Assembly (NCBI RefSeq): GCF_009914755.1
Contig: NC_060939.1
DNA: 64,000 bases
Source: the human T2T-CHM13v2.0 reference genome, Homo sapiens
Direction: 5' to 3' (one strand)
The notes under the pieces were generated by a model. The model was given only the letters and a program-made list of their open reading frames with translations. It was not told the DNA's origin and made no database searches. Positions 1 to 20,716 of this stretch are shown piece after piece; the first letter of the stretch is position 1; each line of letters opens with the position of its first letter. The position numbers were made by a program, and so were the translations under genes.

Positions 1-815
1 CTCTAGTCCAACTGGCCATCCCTTTCACCCTAGCATTCCATTAACATAATAGAAGAGAAAATCAGAAGAGAAGAAGTGACCTTCATGGGTCCTTTGACTC
101 CCACGTTTATAAAGATGCTACTGGAGTTCCACGAGGGGTACCAGATAAATTTAAGGCCCGAAATCAAACAGCTTCAGGATTTGAATCTGTGCTGTTTTGG
201 TGGTCAACTGTAAATAAAAATGTAGATCGGATAAACTACATTTATTACAACCAACAAAGGTTTGTTAACTACACAAGACATGCCATTAAGGGAACAGCCT
301 CCCAATTAGGTCCCATTAACTAAATAGTCTGGGAAAACAGGATAGCCCTAGATACGATGCTAGCAGAAAAAGGTGGTGTCTGTGTCATGATTGGAGTCCA
401 ATGATGTACTTTTATTCCTAATAACACAGCCCCTGACGGAACAGTAACAAAAGCTTTGCAGGACCTAACCTCCTTATCCAATGAGTTAGCAAGCAATTCT
501 GGAATAAATGATCCCTTTACAAGTTTAATGGAGAAATGGTCTGGAAAATGGAAAGGCTTAATGTCCTCAATATTTACTTCTCTTGCAATCGTTATAGGTG
601 TGCTTATTCTTGTTGGATGCTGTATCATACCATACATTTGTGGACTACTGCAAAGACTCATAGACACAGAACTTACCAAAACCTCTCTTAGCTCTCCTCC
701 ACCCTATTCAGATAAGCTTTTCCTTCTAGAAAACCAAGCAGAACAGCAAAGCAAAGACATGCTAAAAAAGTTTGAAGAGGAAGAATTACAAAAATTAAGA
801 GGGGGGAATTGTTAG
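1..815 (+). mobile_element. ERV1 env 3' part (SU end/TM), PABL/envR(b)-like, defective
   Basis: Frame +3 reads GVPRGVPDKFKARNQTASGFES..NKNVDRINYIYYNQQRFVNYTR..WENRIALDTMLAEKGGVCVMIGVQ*CTFIPNNT, i.e. immunosuppressive domain plus CX6CC, then a hydrophobic TM segment (ORF 456-815). Stops at 42, 321 and 402. Confidence 0.9.
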
Positions 816-1249
816 GTACAGTAAGTTCCTCTTCAAAGGTTTAACTTGTTCAACTTCCTTGTTCTCTGTTCCTAAGAACAATTTCCCTGTACCTTCTCGA
901 CCCTACTTACCAGCTTAGTTACCTGCTTAGTAACCTGCCTTGTAAACAACTCTTCCTACCAGCCCCAATCTGTAACTCACATTCCCCCTCCCTTTCTTAT
1001 TAGAGAAAATATTCACAATATCCAGCTGAGTCAGCTAAGATTGTGCAGTCCTACCCCAGCCCATGTTGGAATGACACAGAGGTAGGGAGTGCATTAGGGA
1101 TAAGAACCCCTGCTCCACCCCGTTTGGTGTGCTCTTGCAATCATGACTAATGCAAGCAGCATACTTGCAGAAGCAAATTGTCTTGCTGAGAAAACTTTTT
1201 TGCCTGAGTGCTGCTTCTTCCTCACAGCACCAATCATTTGTTTCTAACA
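810..1249 (+). mobile_element. ERV1 3' LTR (MER66/LTR19-like, subfamily uncertain)
   Basis: Polypurine tract AAGAGGGGGGAA at 797-808, then TGTTAG...CTAACA terminal inverted repeats; 440 bp; directly follows env. Confidence 0.85.
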
Positions 1250-2789
1250 ATCTCGCTAAAAGCAGCCTAGAAAGCAGCCACTTATGCAGAAAGAGTAATA
1301 ATTTAGGCTCTACAAGTCATATAAAAAATGAAGTTTCATTTGTTTACCGGCTAATTTACTTCCTGGGAGACATTTTTCATTCTAAAACAGTGATTCCCTA
1401 CCAAGAGTTCATAGATGCCAAGAAGTCCATAAAAGGCGTAATGGAATTGCCAAATTATGTTAAATACTTCAAAAGGACTCAAAGCCATATACTAGTTCCC
1501 AATAGGCCTGCACAAGTTATTAGAACAAGCTGCTTTGCATTCTTGTGTGATCAGAACCAGTAACTAGATGGCAATCAGGTCTGTTACTGAAGATGGAAAA
1601 ACTATACTTAAGTTTGTATAACAATCTTTCATAACATGGCTTCACAGAAAAGAAGTATAAAAAGGATTCCTTGGTTGAAAAAGAGTGCTCTTTTCCCTTC
1701 ATTATTTAAGATTAGGACAAATTTATAAAACAGGAAAAAAATAGCACAAATCCCTTGGCAAACAGAGTAAAACATCTACTCTGTTTTGCTTTTTTTCACT
1801 TCTTACACTCTCTTTCATAGGAAGTCAATTTACAGACTTCCATCAAGCCCTTAGAGACCTTTTTGTACTATCCATGACAAGCTCTTGATGTTATCTCTGC
1901 ACTTTTGACAAATTCTTAGCAGTTAACTTACAAGGCAGTTAAGATTTTTGTTCAAGCACAATATAGCTAGAATAGGCTCATACATTCAATAAAACAAATA
2001 TTTACCAAGCATTTATTGAGTGGAAGATAAAAAGCACAAAGCATAATTATAAAATATTTTCCCCTGCCACCATAAAAAAATTAAACAGGCTTACAGAATA
2101 CAGTGTAAGAAAACATGACCAAAGCAAAAATAGTAAGGACTAAAGAAGGGAGGAAGGGGAAATATCAACATGGACTGAATATGACCCAAAAGAGCCTTGA
2201 TGGATGGTCAGACATGTAAAGGCAAATTGGTTAGGGTTAAGGGGTGGAGGTCAGGGCACGTTCTATAGGGAAACGGCAGCTGATACAGAAGCCTGAAAGG
2301 AAAAGCGGGCAGAGCACCTGGACAGGACTCTTCAGGAACGAGCACGCACGTGCGTGAAAAACAACTTAGTGAGGTACCGTTCACCCAAACATTAGAGAAA
2401 CCGCGTAAAAATGCTTCTTGGTAAGCATGAAGAAGGCAGGGCTCGCCCTGTAGAAGAACTCAATAAACATTTGAACTGTCTAAAGAGTAAAAGTTAATGA
2501 ATAGGCCAAACTCACTCCTTTCTTTGTTTTAAGAGCTACAACTTTAGAGAATAACAAATCACAAACCCAGTAGACAGGTCCTGGCATTTCAAATCCAACC
2601 CCATTTTTCCCTTAATCTTTCCCCTCTGAGCAAATGGTATCGACATGAACAAGCCATGTTGATTTGATCAAGACACTCATCCATGGTTAAAAGAGTCTTT
2701 ACTTTCAAGAGATACAAACAGAAATATTTACATGGGCTAATTTACTGGGCAACAAGAGAGAAACTCCGTCTCAAAAAAAAAAAAGGAAA

Positions 2790-3204
2790 TAAAAGCATAC
2801 AAAGTGAAAACAAAGAAATTAAACTGCCCTTATTTGCCAGTGACATTACTGTCTATGCACAAAATTCCAAAAATCTACAAAAAAGCTTCTAGTACTAAAA
2901 ATGAGTTTAGCAAGGTTGTAGAATCCAAGGTCAGCATATAACATAAAATCACCTTCCTATATACTAGCAATCACCAACTGGAAATTGAGAAGTATCATTC
3001 ACAACAGTACCACAAACATGAAATAAATGTGTAAGATTACAAAATACAAGCAAGATCCAACTGCTAAAAACTACAAAACACTGACGAAAAATCTAAGAAG
3101 GTCTAAATAAATAGATATACCATGTTCATGGCTCATTATTAAAATGTCAGTTGCCTCCTAACTGATTTCCAGTTTCAATGCAATGTCAATCAAAAACCCC
3201 AGCA
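2790..3204 (+). mobile_element. Old L1M ORF2 fragment, preceded by a small Alu 3' remnant at about 2745-2786
   Basis: Translates to EIKLPLFASDITVY (L1 RT LSLFADDMIVY-like), with L1-like A-rich sequence around it. Confidence 0.7.
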
Positions 3205-3459
3205 GGCTCTCACGCCTGTAAGCCCTACACTTTGGGAGACCATGGTGGGAGGATTGCTTCATCCCGGGAGTTTGAGACCAGGCTGGGCAACATAGAGAGA
3301 CCCTGTCTCTACAAAAATAAAAAAATTAGCCAGGCATGGCGGTGCATGCATGTGATCCCAGCTACTTGGGAGGCTGAGGTGGGATAATCGCTTGGTTCAA
3401 GGCTGCAGTGAGCAGTGATCCTGCCACTGCGTTTCAGCCTGGGCAACTGAGTGGGACAC
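3205..3459 (+). mobile_element. AluJ-like, tail missing
   Basis: Alu dimer sequence that directly abuts the next, antisense Alu. Confidence 0.85.
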
Positions 3460-3848
<389 letters not shown>

Positions 3849-3948
3849 CTACTTCCAAATGGATGCCTGTCCCCATCAGTAATAACCAAGTCTATTCAAG
3901 TGCTAGATGTTAACTTTAAAAGAAGGAAACATCAAAAGTCCAAGTTTC

Positions 3949-4238
3949 AGCCGGGTGCAGTGGCTCATGCCTGTAATCCCAGCACTTTAGGAGGCTGAGG
4001 TGGGTGGATCACGAGGTCAGGAGTTCAAGACCAGCCTGGTCAATATGGTGAAACCCCGTCTCTACTAAAAATACAAAAATTAGTCAGGCATGGTGGCGTG
4101 TGCCTGTAGTCCCAGCTACTCGGGAGAGGCAGAAGATTCGCTTCAACCGGGGAAGCAGAGGTTGCAGTGAGCCAAGATCGTGCTACTGCACTCCAGCCTG
4201 GGTGACAGAGCGAGACTCCGTCTCAAAAAAAAAAAAAA
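3949..4238 (+). mobile_element. AluS
   Basis: Full Alu with A-tail and TSD AAAAGTCCAAGT. Confidence 0.9.
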
Positions 4239-4428
4239 GTCCAAGTGTCTTCGCCTAGCTTTGTCAGGAATGTTTTTACCCTCAGTCTGTAAGTGTGACC
4301 AAATATATTTTTTAAAGGTTTACCCTCTCAATCTGTTAAGTTCAAAGGTTAACTATAATCTCTTCATAAGAAAACTATTGGAAAGATGGAATAAAATACA
4401 CAGAAATGTCCTTAACAGGTAAATATTT

Positions 4429-4662
4429 ATTTTTCTTTCTTATTATTATACTTTAAGTTCTGGGGTATATGTGCAGAACGTGCAGGTTTGTTGCATAGGT
4501 ACACACGTGCCATGGTGGTTTGCTGCACCCATCAACTCGTCATCTACACTAGGTATTTCTCCTAATGCTATCCCTCCCCTAGCCCCCCAACCCCCAACAG
4601 GCCCCAGTGTGTGATGTTCCCCACTCCCTGTGTCCATGTGTTCTCACTGTTCAACTCCCACT
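4429..4662 (-). mobile_element. 5'-truncated L1PA (PA6-8-like) 3' end
   Basis: Antisense L1 3' UTR; perfect 14-bp TSD ACAGGTAAATATTT at 4415-4428 and 4663-4676. Confidence 0.9.
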
Positions 4663-5542
4663 ACAGGTAAATATTTCTAGAATGTATCTACTCCATCAGC
4701 TAGTGTAAGTATTCTAAACTGTGCTAGTATAGCTGCTTTAAATCACTGCTTTCTTCTGCAAATGGTGGCACCTTTAAAGTGTTATCTTGAAGGGGAAGTG
4801 AGTGATTTGCTCATGTCTCTGCTGAACTAACACTGTTAACACCCAGTCCAGTTCTACCTTAAACAAGTCTGAGAAATACAGACATAATCCATACTTGTTA
4901 TTTGTCAAGACTAAGGTAAAATAAGGAAAGTTGGAACTCACTCATATCCTCTTATGACTGATGTACTGAAAACAATCCATCTCTCACCATTTCCTAAATA
5001 GCATAGTCACAAAGAGCTCTACCCTACCAAGTACTCTGCAAGTCCCACTCTCAAAGGAAGACTCACAGGTGACTGAGAAGATAAATTTGCTATTGTTTCC
5101 ATTATCCTTCAGTTCATCTGACACCTTTGAAGAAACGCATTTGGATAAGACTCACAAGTCTCAGGGCCCCTTCTTTATGAAAGAAATAGCTAAGCCTCCA
5201 TACTCAGAAGCATCAGACTTTTCAGAATGCTTAAGTCATGTAAAAACGTATCAAAATTATTATCATTACAGCTACCAGGAAATAGCTACCTACTCCATGT
5301 TAGATACTGCAGTTAAGTATCTCACACAGTTTCACTGATTCCTAACAACACTGCAAAGCATGTTACTAACCCTTAAGGAGTAGGAAGCTGAAGCTCTGAG
5401 AGGCTATGCAACTACTCAATGGAAATGTGGGGATCTGAACTCTACCTAGCTCCAAAGGGCGTACTTTTTTCTAAAATTTCTAATTTTTTTCCAATTTCAC
5501 AATGGAGGCAGAGTTTTCACTACAATTTTAATAATTTCACCA

Positions 5543-5660
5543 GCTGGGTGGGGTGGCTCACGCCTGTAATTCCAGTACTGTGGGAGGCTGAGGTGGGAGG
5601 ACGGCTTGGGTCCCAGGAAGACAACTGGGCAACAGTGAAGATTCTGACTCTAAAAAAAAT
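5543..5660 (+). mobile_element. Alu monomer (FLAM/FRAM-like)
   Basis: GGTGGCTCACGCCTGTAAT start, single monomer, short A tail. Confidence 0.7.
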
Positions 5661-7259
5661 AAGAATTTCACCAAAAGGGGGAACAGATTTCTAAATCGGA
5701 ATCTCTTGTTAAAATCCTTAGAGCACTAGTTAAGCCCCACTTCTTTTCAAAAAATAACCGACAGATTAAAAAAAAGGTTAGAAGTCCTTTTAAAGTAAAT
5801 TTCATCAGAGATCTGCAAGGGAATTGTCATTTTGGACAAGTCCCCAGAGTTGGTGGCCCTCTCCTGTGTACACCAGCTACCACTAGGCAGTAAAAGTAAT
5901 TTACCCAATTCAAACACATACCGTGCCTGCACTATGTTAAAACCACTGGCAAAGAGGGTACAAAGTTAAATAAGGTCTATCACAGCCCTCAAGGAGTTAA
6001 AGGACTAGAGGAGGAGTCCATTTATAGTATAGTATGTGTGCAGTTACCATTTAGTCAAGGCAAACGAACTGTGAGAAATCCTACAACAATAGTACCTACA
6101 GTATAACATGCCATCACCGCCCACAGAAGGAAAGCAACTGGTGCCCTCGTCACGTTATGTTGTTAGTACTTGCTTACATGATGTCCCTCCCTGACAATCC
6201 CTTCCAACCTCTGTCAGCCTCCTTCCCCACAATCACACACACACACAAAACCACACTGCCAGGAAGGGAAGCCATTGAGTGAGTATTGTGAATCCTACAA
6301 GTGGCTCTGTAGTTTAAAAGGGCAATGCCTGTGCCTGAAGAAAATTTGTCTTTAGCTTCATCAGGTGAAGAAAATTGGTTTTATAACACAAGGCCCACCA
6401 AACCAGAAAAGCCCAGGAACGCTTCTCCAAAGGACTCACTTAGCACGAGAAATCACTCAGAGCAAACTGACGCACACAGTATTTGTCAAATTTTTCTTTT
6501 TCATTTAGCAGAAGGTAAGGTAAAGGACTACAACTGAAGTTAATAAATGACACTCTAGCCATTTTGATCATTTGTCACTATAAATGATAGACATTTAAGC
6601 TAGTTCCATCTGGGGAAGTGAAACAGAATCATGTTCATATAATAAGCCAGACGAACCAAATTCAGTGGAATACGTGCACCCAAAACTGGACCAGACTTGT
6701 ACTTAATGCAGCCTGCAAATCCCCAAGAGTCCACGACAGAATACAAGAACAGTAACACTGGTTTATCTCAACTCATCTTAGCTCCCTCACAAACTTGCCA
6801 ATAATGACCTTTCAAGAACTGCACCGTTGGTCCTCATCTGGGCAATCCCGTGGCTTAGAAAAACTGAATAAAGTGCTTCTTCGAAAAATAAAACAATGCG
6901 GGGAGGGGGGAGTAGTAACAAAAAAAAAGGCACACTGGTTTTTACTGTACTGAAGCAATAAATTCTCCAACTAACTTCATTAATGAGTATCAGCAAAGAA
7001 TGAACACCAAAATACCGCTCAATCCAACTTTCATCGTGAATTCTTGAATTCACAGTAGGATCATTAAATGTGACGGTATCACTCTGCTATAAAAACTATT
7101 TCCAAAACAAAACAAACCTATCTACCCCCTTTCTTGATTTAAAAAAAAAAAAAAAAAGAAGAAAGAAGGAAAATTTGAGGGTTTTTGCTTTTTTCAACTT
7201 CACATACCGGTTTGCCTTTGCAAAAAAAAAAAAAAAAAAAATGTTTAGTCTCAAAGTAT

Positions 7260-8290
7260 AGCTGCAAGGTGGACCGGCTGCACGGGTCCCAGAGGGCCGC
7301 TCGCCTCCGACGGTCGCAGTTTCAGCCGGGCCGCGCCCGCGAGAAACAGCGGAGAGGCCCCAGCAGGCGGGCGCCGCCGGACAGGTTTACCGTCCGCGTC
7401 GGCCCCGGGGAACCGCTCCCTCGCGCCCGCAGCACTTGTTCGCGGCGCGGACTCCACACCGCGGCCGCCCGCCCCAGGGGAGGAGTGAGTCCGCCCCAGC
7501 GGCGCCAACCCGGGGACCCGGGGCAAGGGTTCGGGGCCATCCGCCGCCGGGCGCGCCCCCCATCCGGAAAGCGGCGACGGCCCCCAAGTTGGGCTGCGGA
7601 GTGGGAGGCGCGCCGAGCCCCAAGCAGACAATGCGGGAGAAGGGTGATGCGCAGGGAGGAGGGGTCCGCAAAGCTGAGGTCCCCGCGCCGCCCGGCTACC
7701 CATCCGTGCCGCCCGCCCCTGAAGCCCCGCGCAGCCCCCGACCCTCCTCTGGGGCCCGCCCCACCGAGCGGCCGCAGGGGACGGGCCGCGCTCCGCACCC
7801 CGACCCCTCCTCAAATCACAAAACTTCCCCCAACTCCGCCAACTAAGTTGCGCTCTCACCGTGCGGCTCCCGGGGCTCCCCCGCGGGCCGAGCCGAGACA
7901 GCTCCTCACCTTCGCCGCGGAGAAAGACAATAGGCTGCCTCTCCCCCGGCGGCGGCAGCAGCGGCTGCGGCTAAAGCGGCGGCAACCGAGGCGAGCAATG
8001 GGCACGGCGGTCTCGGCCGAGCCGAGGGGCTTCACCGCTGCTGTTCCGGCTCCGCGACAGCTCTGCACGTAGCCCCAGCCACCCCGCGCACCGGCTACAA
8101 GCCGCCCGGGGGTGGCCGGGGCACGCAAGAGGGCAGTAACGTCTGCGAGTCCTCCCGTGAGTACACGCGGAGCAAGGGCTGCGAGCTGGGATTGCACGGC
8201 AGAGCTGCCCATCCCGCTCCACGAGACCAATAGTAAGGCACCTGGGCGGGGCGCTCAGGTTGCTAAGGGAGGCTGAGGTTGACCGCCGGG
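7260..8290. promoter_or_regulatory. CpG island promoter
   Basis: About 1 kb of very GC- and CpG-rich sequence; CCAAT at 8227-8231 and GC box GGGCGGGGC at about 8244-8252. Confidence 0.85.
7910..8215 (-). ncRNA. Probable first exon of a minus-strand pseudogene/lncRNA transcript (GOLGA2P7/GOLGA2P10-type)
   Basis: Strong donor AAG|GTGAGG at 7910/7909, downstream of CCAAT/GC boxes inside the CpG island. Identity is inferred from locus architecture. Confidence 0.55.
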
Positions 8291-9367
8291 GCTGCTCTGT
8301 GGCAAAGTGATCACAGCAGGGTGGCTGGCAGAGACTGCTCTGGGAAATGCCCACTCACGGTCTCCTCTCCGCCCTGTTTCTAGAAACTGCCCTTTCTCTG
8401 TGTGCTCGTGGTTACCTGAGCTGTAGCATTTAACCACACATCGTGAAATGATTTACTCCTCTATTTCCCCCACTTCAACTCAGGAAGTGGGGTTTAGTCT
8501 TCTGTGTCCACAGCCTAGGACAGTCTAAGGTATTAGGTATTAAATATAGGTATTAAACAAGTGTTGGATGGATGCACGGCGCTATGGCGGAATCACAATT
8601 GTGACAGTGCATTCCGTGAACTTTTGGCTACTCGATCACCACAGTCGTTCCGTGTTCAAGCTGCAAAGGACCTCAGAAATCATCGGATTGCTTTGAGAAA
8701 CAAAATGTGGTCCGTGTACCAACGGCGGCCGAGGAGAATATATTAGCTGGTACACGGAGAAACTTCTTTTTTCAAATAGTTAAGTGTTTTAGTGCTCATT
8801 AGGAGGGAAATGCCTATCACGTCAAATCATTGTTTCATTAATGTTACTTCTTAGGTCAAATAAAAAGTGGCAAAAAACAAGTGTATTTCAAGAAAAGTGT
8901 TAAGTGAAACTTGAGACACTTTATATGCAGTTCAAGAATGTAAAATACTAGTTGACAGTGATTGAAGTAAGAACAGTTGGTTAGGTAGGAGGAGAAGATT
9001 ATTGGCTGGGAAGGAGGAGGAGGGAACCCTCTGTGGTGCTGATTCTGTATTTTGACCTGGGTGATGGATAACAAAAGTATGTACATCAATAAAAAATACA
9101 TCCAGTGCACTTTAGATTAGTGCACTTTACACATTTTATACATGTATTTTTTAATGTCAATTTTTAAAAAATCTGGTATGGTATATACCCCCACAACCCC
9201 CCCCCCAAAAAAATGCAAAGATGCAAATGACTGCCATTTGGGAAACACTGATCCAGGCAGGCTCACTAGCAGTGACCAAACACCTGAGAAAGGGTATTGT
9301 GAATACCTGATGTATGTGCCAGGAACTTCCATGGTTGAATAGCTCCAAATCTCAGAAATGCTCCTAA

Positions 9368-9728
<361 letters not shown>

Positions 9729-9866
9729 AGAATAGCTTAAAAAAAAAAAAAAGCCAGGCATGCCCAGTTCTTCATGTGAAATTATTTCTGTATCACCTCA
9801 TCATGCTGCTCACCCTCTTCCACTGTTCTCTAATTTGTCCTTGTTGATATTTAAAAGCTGGCACAA

Positions 9867-10092
9867 GGCCGGGCGCAGTGGCTCACACCTGTAATCCCAG
9901 CACTTTGGGAGGCTGAGGAGGGTAGATCACTAGAGCCCAGGAGTTCGAGACCAGCCTGGGCTACAGGTGAAACCCCATCTGTACTAAAAGATACAAAAAT
10001 TAGCCAAACGTGGTAGCCCAAATCCCAGCTACTTGGGAGACCGATGTAGAAGGATCACTTGAGCCCAGGAGGAGAGGTTGCATGAGCCAAAT
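9867..10092 (+). mobile_element. AluJ-like, 3'-truncated
   Basis: GGCCGGGCGCAGTGGCTCAC start; ends within the right monomer. Confidence 0.85.
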
Positions 10093-10984
10093 CAGCAGGG
10101 CAGCTGCAGAGTGGGGTGCAAGGTCCTCAACCCAGAGGTTCCCTAGGCCCCACTTGCCCCAGCTCATGAGAGCCTGGTTCTGAGCTCTGCCAGGACCGGG
10201 GCTCAGCACTGCCCATGAAAACAGGCGTGGCAGGGAAGAAAATCATAACCAAATATTTGTAGTCATTCCAGAACCTCCCTTCTGGAAAGGGAGGTTCCCA
10301 GGTTTGTGGGCTCTTTGCCTCCTGGACATTATTGTGTAGTGAAGGGAGAAAGGTTGAGATGCAGAGTTGGAGAAACTAAGAGAGGCCGAACTGGTCCATT
10401 TGAGGAAAGATGACTGATCCCAGAAGGGGAGGAGGGGACACCCTGGGGAAGCAGGGGGCTTCCCAGATGGTCCAAGAAGGGGAGGGCAGGATATAGAAAG
10501 TCAGAGCATGGTTTTGAGTTTTGGAGACAACAAGAGAAAAGAGGGAGGGATTTGGACAACTATGGAGAGGACTGGGCTGTGGAGAGAAATGTTTAGAGAT
10601 TTGGAAGATGGTGTGTCATGCGATGTATTGTGAAAACCCCTTCTTCATATCCCTAAAAGACCACCGCTGATGGTGATTCATGGTACAATTGATGATTGTA
10701 TCATGATATAATTCAGTGCTTTTGCAGAGGGATTGGTGCCTTTTTAAAATAATAATGATGCTTTGGCTTGGCTCCATCTGAATTAGTAGAGACAGACATC
10801 TTGAGCAGGTTTTATCAGAGTTCCATTAGCTAAATATTGGGTTTCCTATTTTGTGGCTTGCTTTAAACCACTTTGTAGGCCCTTCCGCACTGAAAGCCAC
10901 TACAGAAATCACCTCTTTGGTCTGCAGCTCCACGTCCCCAAGCTCTGGGCTTTCCTGAATGAGTGGCCTCATTCAGAAGATAAT

Positions 10985-11160
10985 ACAGCATCCCTCATCC
11001 GAAAATCCAAAATCTGAAATGCTTCAAAATCCAAAACTCTTTGAGTGCCGACATGATGTTCGAAGGCCAGATTCAAAGGAAATGCTCATTGGAGCATTTT
11101 GGATTTCAGATTTTCGAATTCCAAAATCTGAAAAAAATCCAAAATCTGAAATACTTCTGT
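10985..11160 (-). mobile_element. Tigger4a/MER46-like DNA transposon fragment
   Basis: Characteristic repeated AAAATCC(A/G)AAAT motifs and AAAGGAAATGCTCATTGGAGCATTT core. Confidence 0.75.
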
Positions 11161-11454
11161 AATTTAACCTGTAATAGACATTTGGTCCTGACCTTCCAGC
11201 TGAGGCAGCAAGCAGTCAACAGAGGCTCACCATGCATCCCTCCTGCTCCTCACCCTCCCACGGGCTTGTGCCTCACCCCCCAGCCTCCCTTGCACCTGCT
11301 GGGGAGGGGACAGGATGCTCCTGCTCTGCCTTCTTGGATCTCGGGCTACTGTGATAATTGCAGGATTCCAGCCAGGGAAAATGCTACAGGTAGAAGTACT
11401 TGGTACTCTCCATAGAGAAGTTTCCAGCAATGGCACATCTGCCCCAGGAAGTGT

Positions 11455-11605
11455 GCTGCCACACCCAGCTAATTTTAAAAACTTTCTGTAGAGGTGTGAA
11501 TTCACTATGCTGCCAAGGCTGGTCTTGAATTCCTGGCTTCAAGTAATCCTCCCACCTTTGCTTGCCAAAGTGCTGGGATTACGGCATGAACTAGAGCTCC
11601 CAGCC
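11455..11605 (-). mobile_element. Alu left-monomer fragment
   Basis: CCCAGCTAATTTT...CCAAAGTGCTGGGATTAC. Confidence 0.7.
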
Positions 11606-12325
11606 GAGAGTTTAGTTTTGTTTGCTAGTGGTGTTCTTGGTATCTTTTCATATTTGAGGCTTTGGTGCTAGTGCTGAAGTATTACACTCACCATCCGAGG
11701 TTTGCAGGACTTTTGTTTCAGTATTGAACAGATGGAACTGTTTAGTTCTTCATCTTTGCAGGTATACCAAATGTGCCTACCAGGAGTCTGCTTTATAGCC
11801 ATTGAAAAGCAAGAAGTAATATAGTAAAATTTTGCCTGGCTAGAGGCTTTGGAAGACAAGTATTTTGGCTTAATTCTATTAACGTGGAAGGATGAAGGTG
11901 AAAAAAATTCAAAACTTTAATATCCTGTTTATTGCAATTTGAAAATATAGCCAATGATTCCACTTTTCTTCTCCAGTAAGTTTGGACATTCTGATCTACT
12001 TGGTGTTTTATTACAGAACTCCTAGTGTGCCTGAGTCTTACATTGTGAAGATCCTTCTCTAAAACTTCACATGTAAGAGAATATAAATGATATTGGATAA
12101 GATCAGGCTGGATGAGAACTGATACCTGTAAATATGCGATTTAGACGAAATCTCTGATTGTTTTCTTATTTAACTCATAAAAATAAAACACATTGGCTGG
12201 AAGGTGGGAGCAGGAAGGAGATTTATGTCTTTTAATTGCACGTCATTGTTTCATATAGAGAAAACATATAGTATCCCTGGTTTTGGACCTACAGAAGGAA
12301 ACACATTTTTCTACCTGCTGTATGC

Positions 12326-12495
12326 CAGAGGTTCTTGAACACCTGGAGGGATTACTGCAGCACAGATTGCTGAGCCCTACTCCAGAGTTTCTGATTCATC
12401 AGGTCCAGGGTGGGGCCGGAGGATGTGTATTTATAAGAAGTTCCCAGGTGCTGCTGGAGCTGCTAGTCCAGAGACTACATTTTTGAGAACTGCTC
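12326..12495. mobile_element. MER5A (hAT-Charlie MITE)
   Basis: GGTTCTT...CCAGAGTTTCTGATTCA...AAGTTCCCAGGTG...TTTGAGAAC consensus pattern. Confidence 0.75.
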
Positions 12496-12800
12496 TCATA
12501 TACTAACTGTAAGTTGCAGAGCTCTAGAAAAAAAGCTTAGTTTGGTGTGGGATAAGAAGCACACAGGTTATGGAGAAAATCATGAAAGATTCAACCCTTG
12601 ATCCCAGCCTAGTGTGGATTTCAGGTAACAAGCAATACACAGTGACATAACAAATTCTTGGTTTTCATGACTGCAAGTGAGAGCCAAGTATCAAGTGAGA
12701 AATTCAGCTTCATTTGCAAGGCTTAGAGAGGCCAGGTGATTCTAGAAAAATGGGCCTTGTAATTCTCTTAAACCACTAAAGAGCTTTAAGTGGTTATTAA

Positions 12801-13208
<408 letters not shown>

Positions 13209-13549
13209 TAAGACAAACATTTTTCCAAAAAAGAGAAATTGTTGTGATTATTTTGTCTTATTGGAATGTCGGATACTATAGTCGGCTTCATTAATCATCA
13301 AGCATGCTATGGATTTTCCATTTTTATAGGATCTATATCTCAGTTAAGGTAATACTGGTAATTCTTGTACTCCATTTGAAGATGAAAAATATAGGCCAAA
13401 ATCACAGACTTTGCACAGAAGCTGCATAATGAAGACAGCTCTGGAGGAACACATAGATACACACACACAGACACACATATATATAAAGTATATACACATA
13501 TATTTTTTAAAGTTTATTTTTTACAGTTTTAAAAGTTTTAAAGCAAAAC

Positions 13550-13843
13550 CCAGCCCTTCCCCTCTCCCAGAGTGGGCGGCCCCTCCCCTTTCTCTGAGTG
13601 GGCGGGGACAGCGGTTGCATGGGCAGCTTTCCTTATGATGCCACAGGTCCCTCTGGACATGCTGCGCCTGGCCACGCCTCCTTTCCCTTTCATCTTTCTC
13701 ACTGACCAATGGGCTTGGAGCATTAAGGCCACGCCCCTATTCTGCGTTCCATTGGTGCCCTGGTTACGCCACCTGTGGCTCAGTTGCACAGCTGCCTGGT
13801 AGGTGACTGGAGGCATTGAGCAGTGCTCACTGGTATTTCGCTG
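13550..13843 (+). promoter_or_regulatory. GOLGA6L proximal promoter/5' UTR
   Basis: GC boxes, two GGCCACGCC (SP/KLF-like) motifs, CCAAT at about 13707, ATTGG at about 13751, X-box-like GTTGCATGGGCAGC at about 13614; directly upstream of the ATG. Confidence 0.55.
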
Positions 13844-20707
<6,864 letters not shown>

Positions 20708-20716
20708 GAGCGGGTC

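Noticed and set aside
456-815. 119-aa TM-containing ORF as a domesticated env
   Set aside because: Starts at TTG downstream of three in-frame stops; the CX6CC motif is broken.
6786-6890. Possible small minus-strand exon (about 6853-6791)
   Set aside because: Splice signals are weak and cannot be supported without transcript data.
7185-8072. Overlapping 130-295 aa Arg/Pro/Gly-rich ORFs
   Set aside because: Expected from stop-codon depletion in a CpG island; no recognisable domain.
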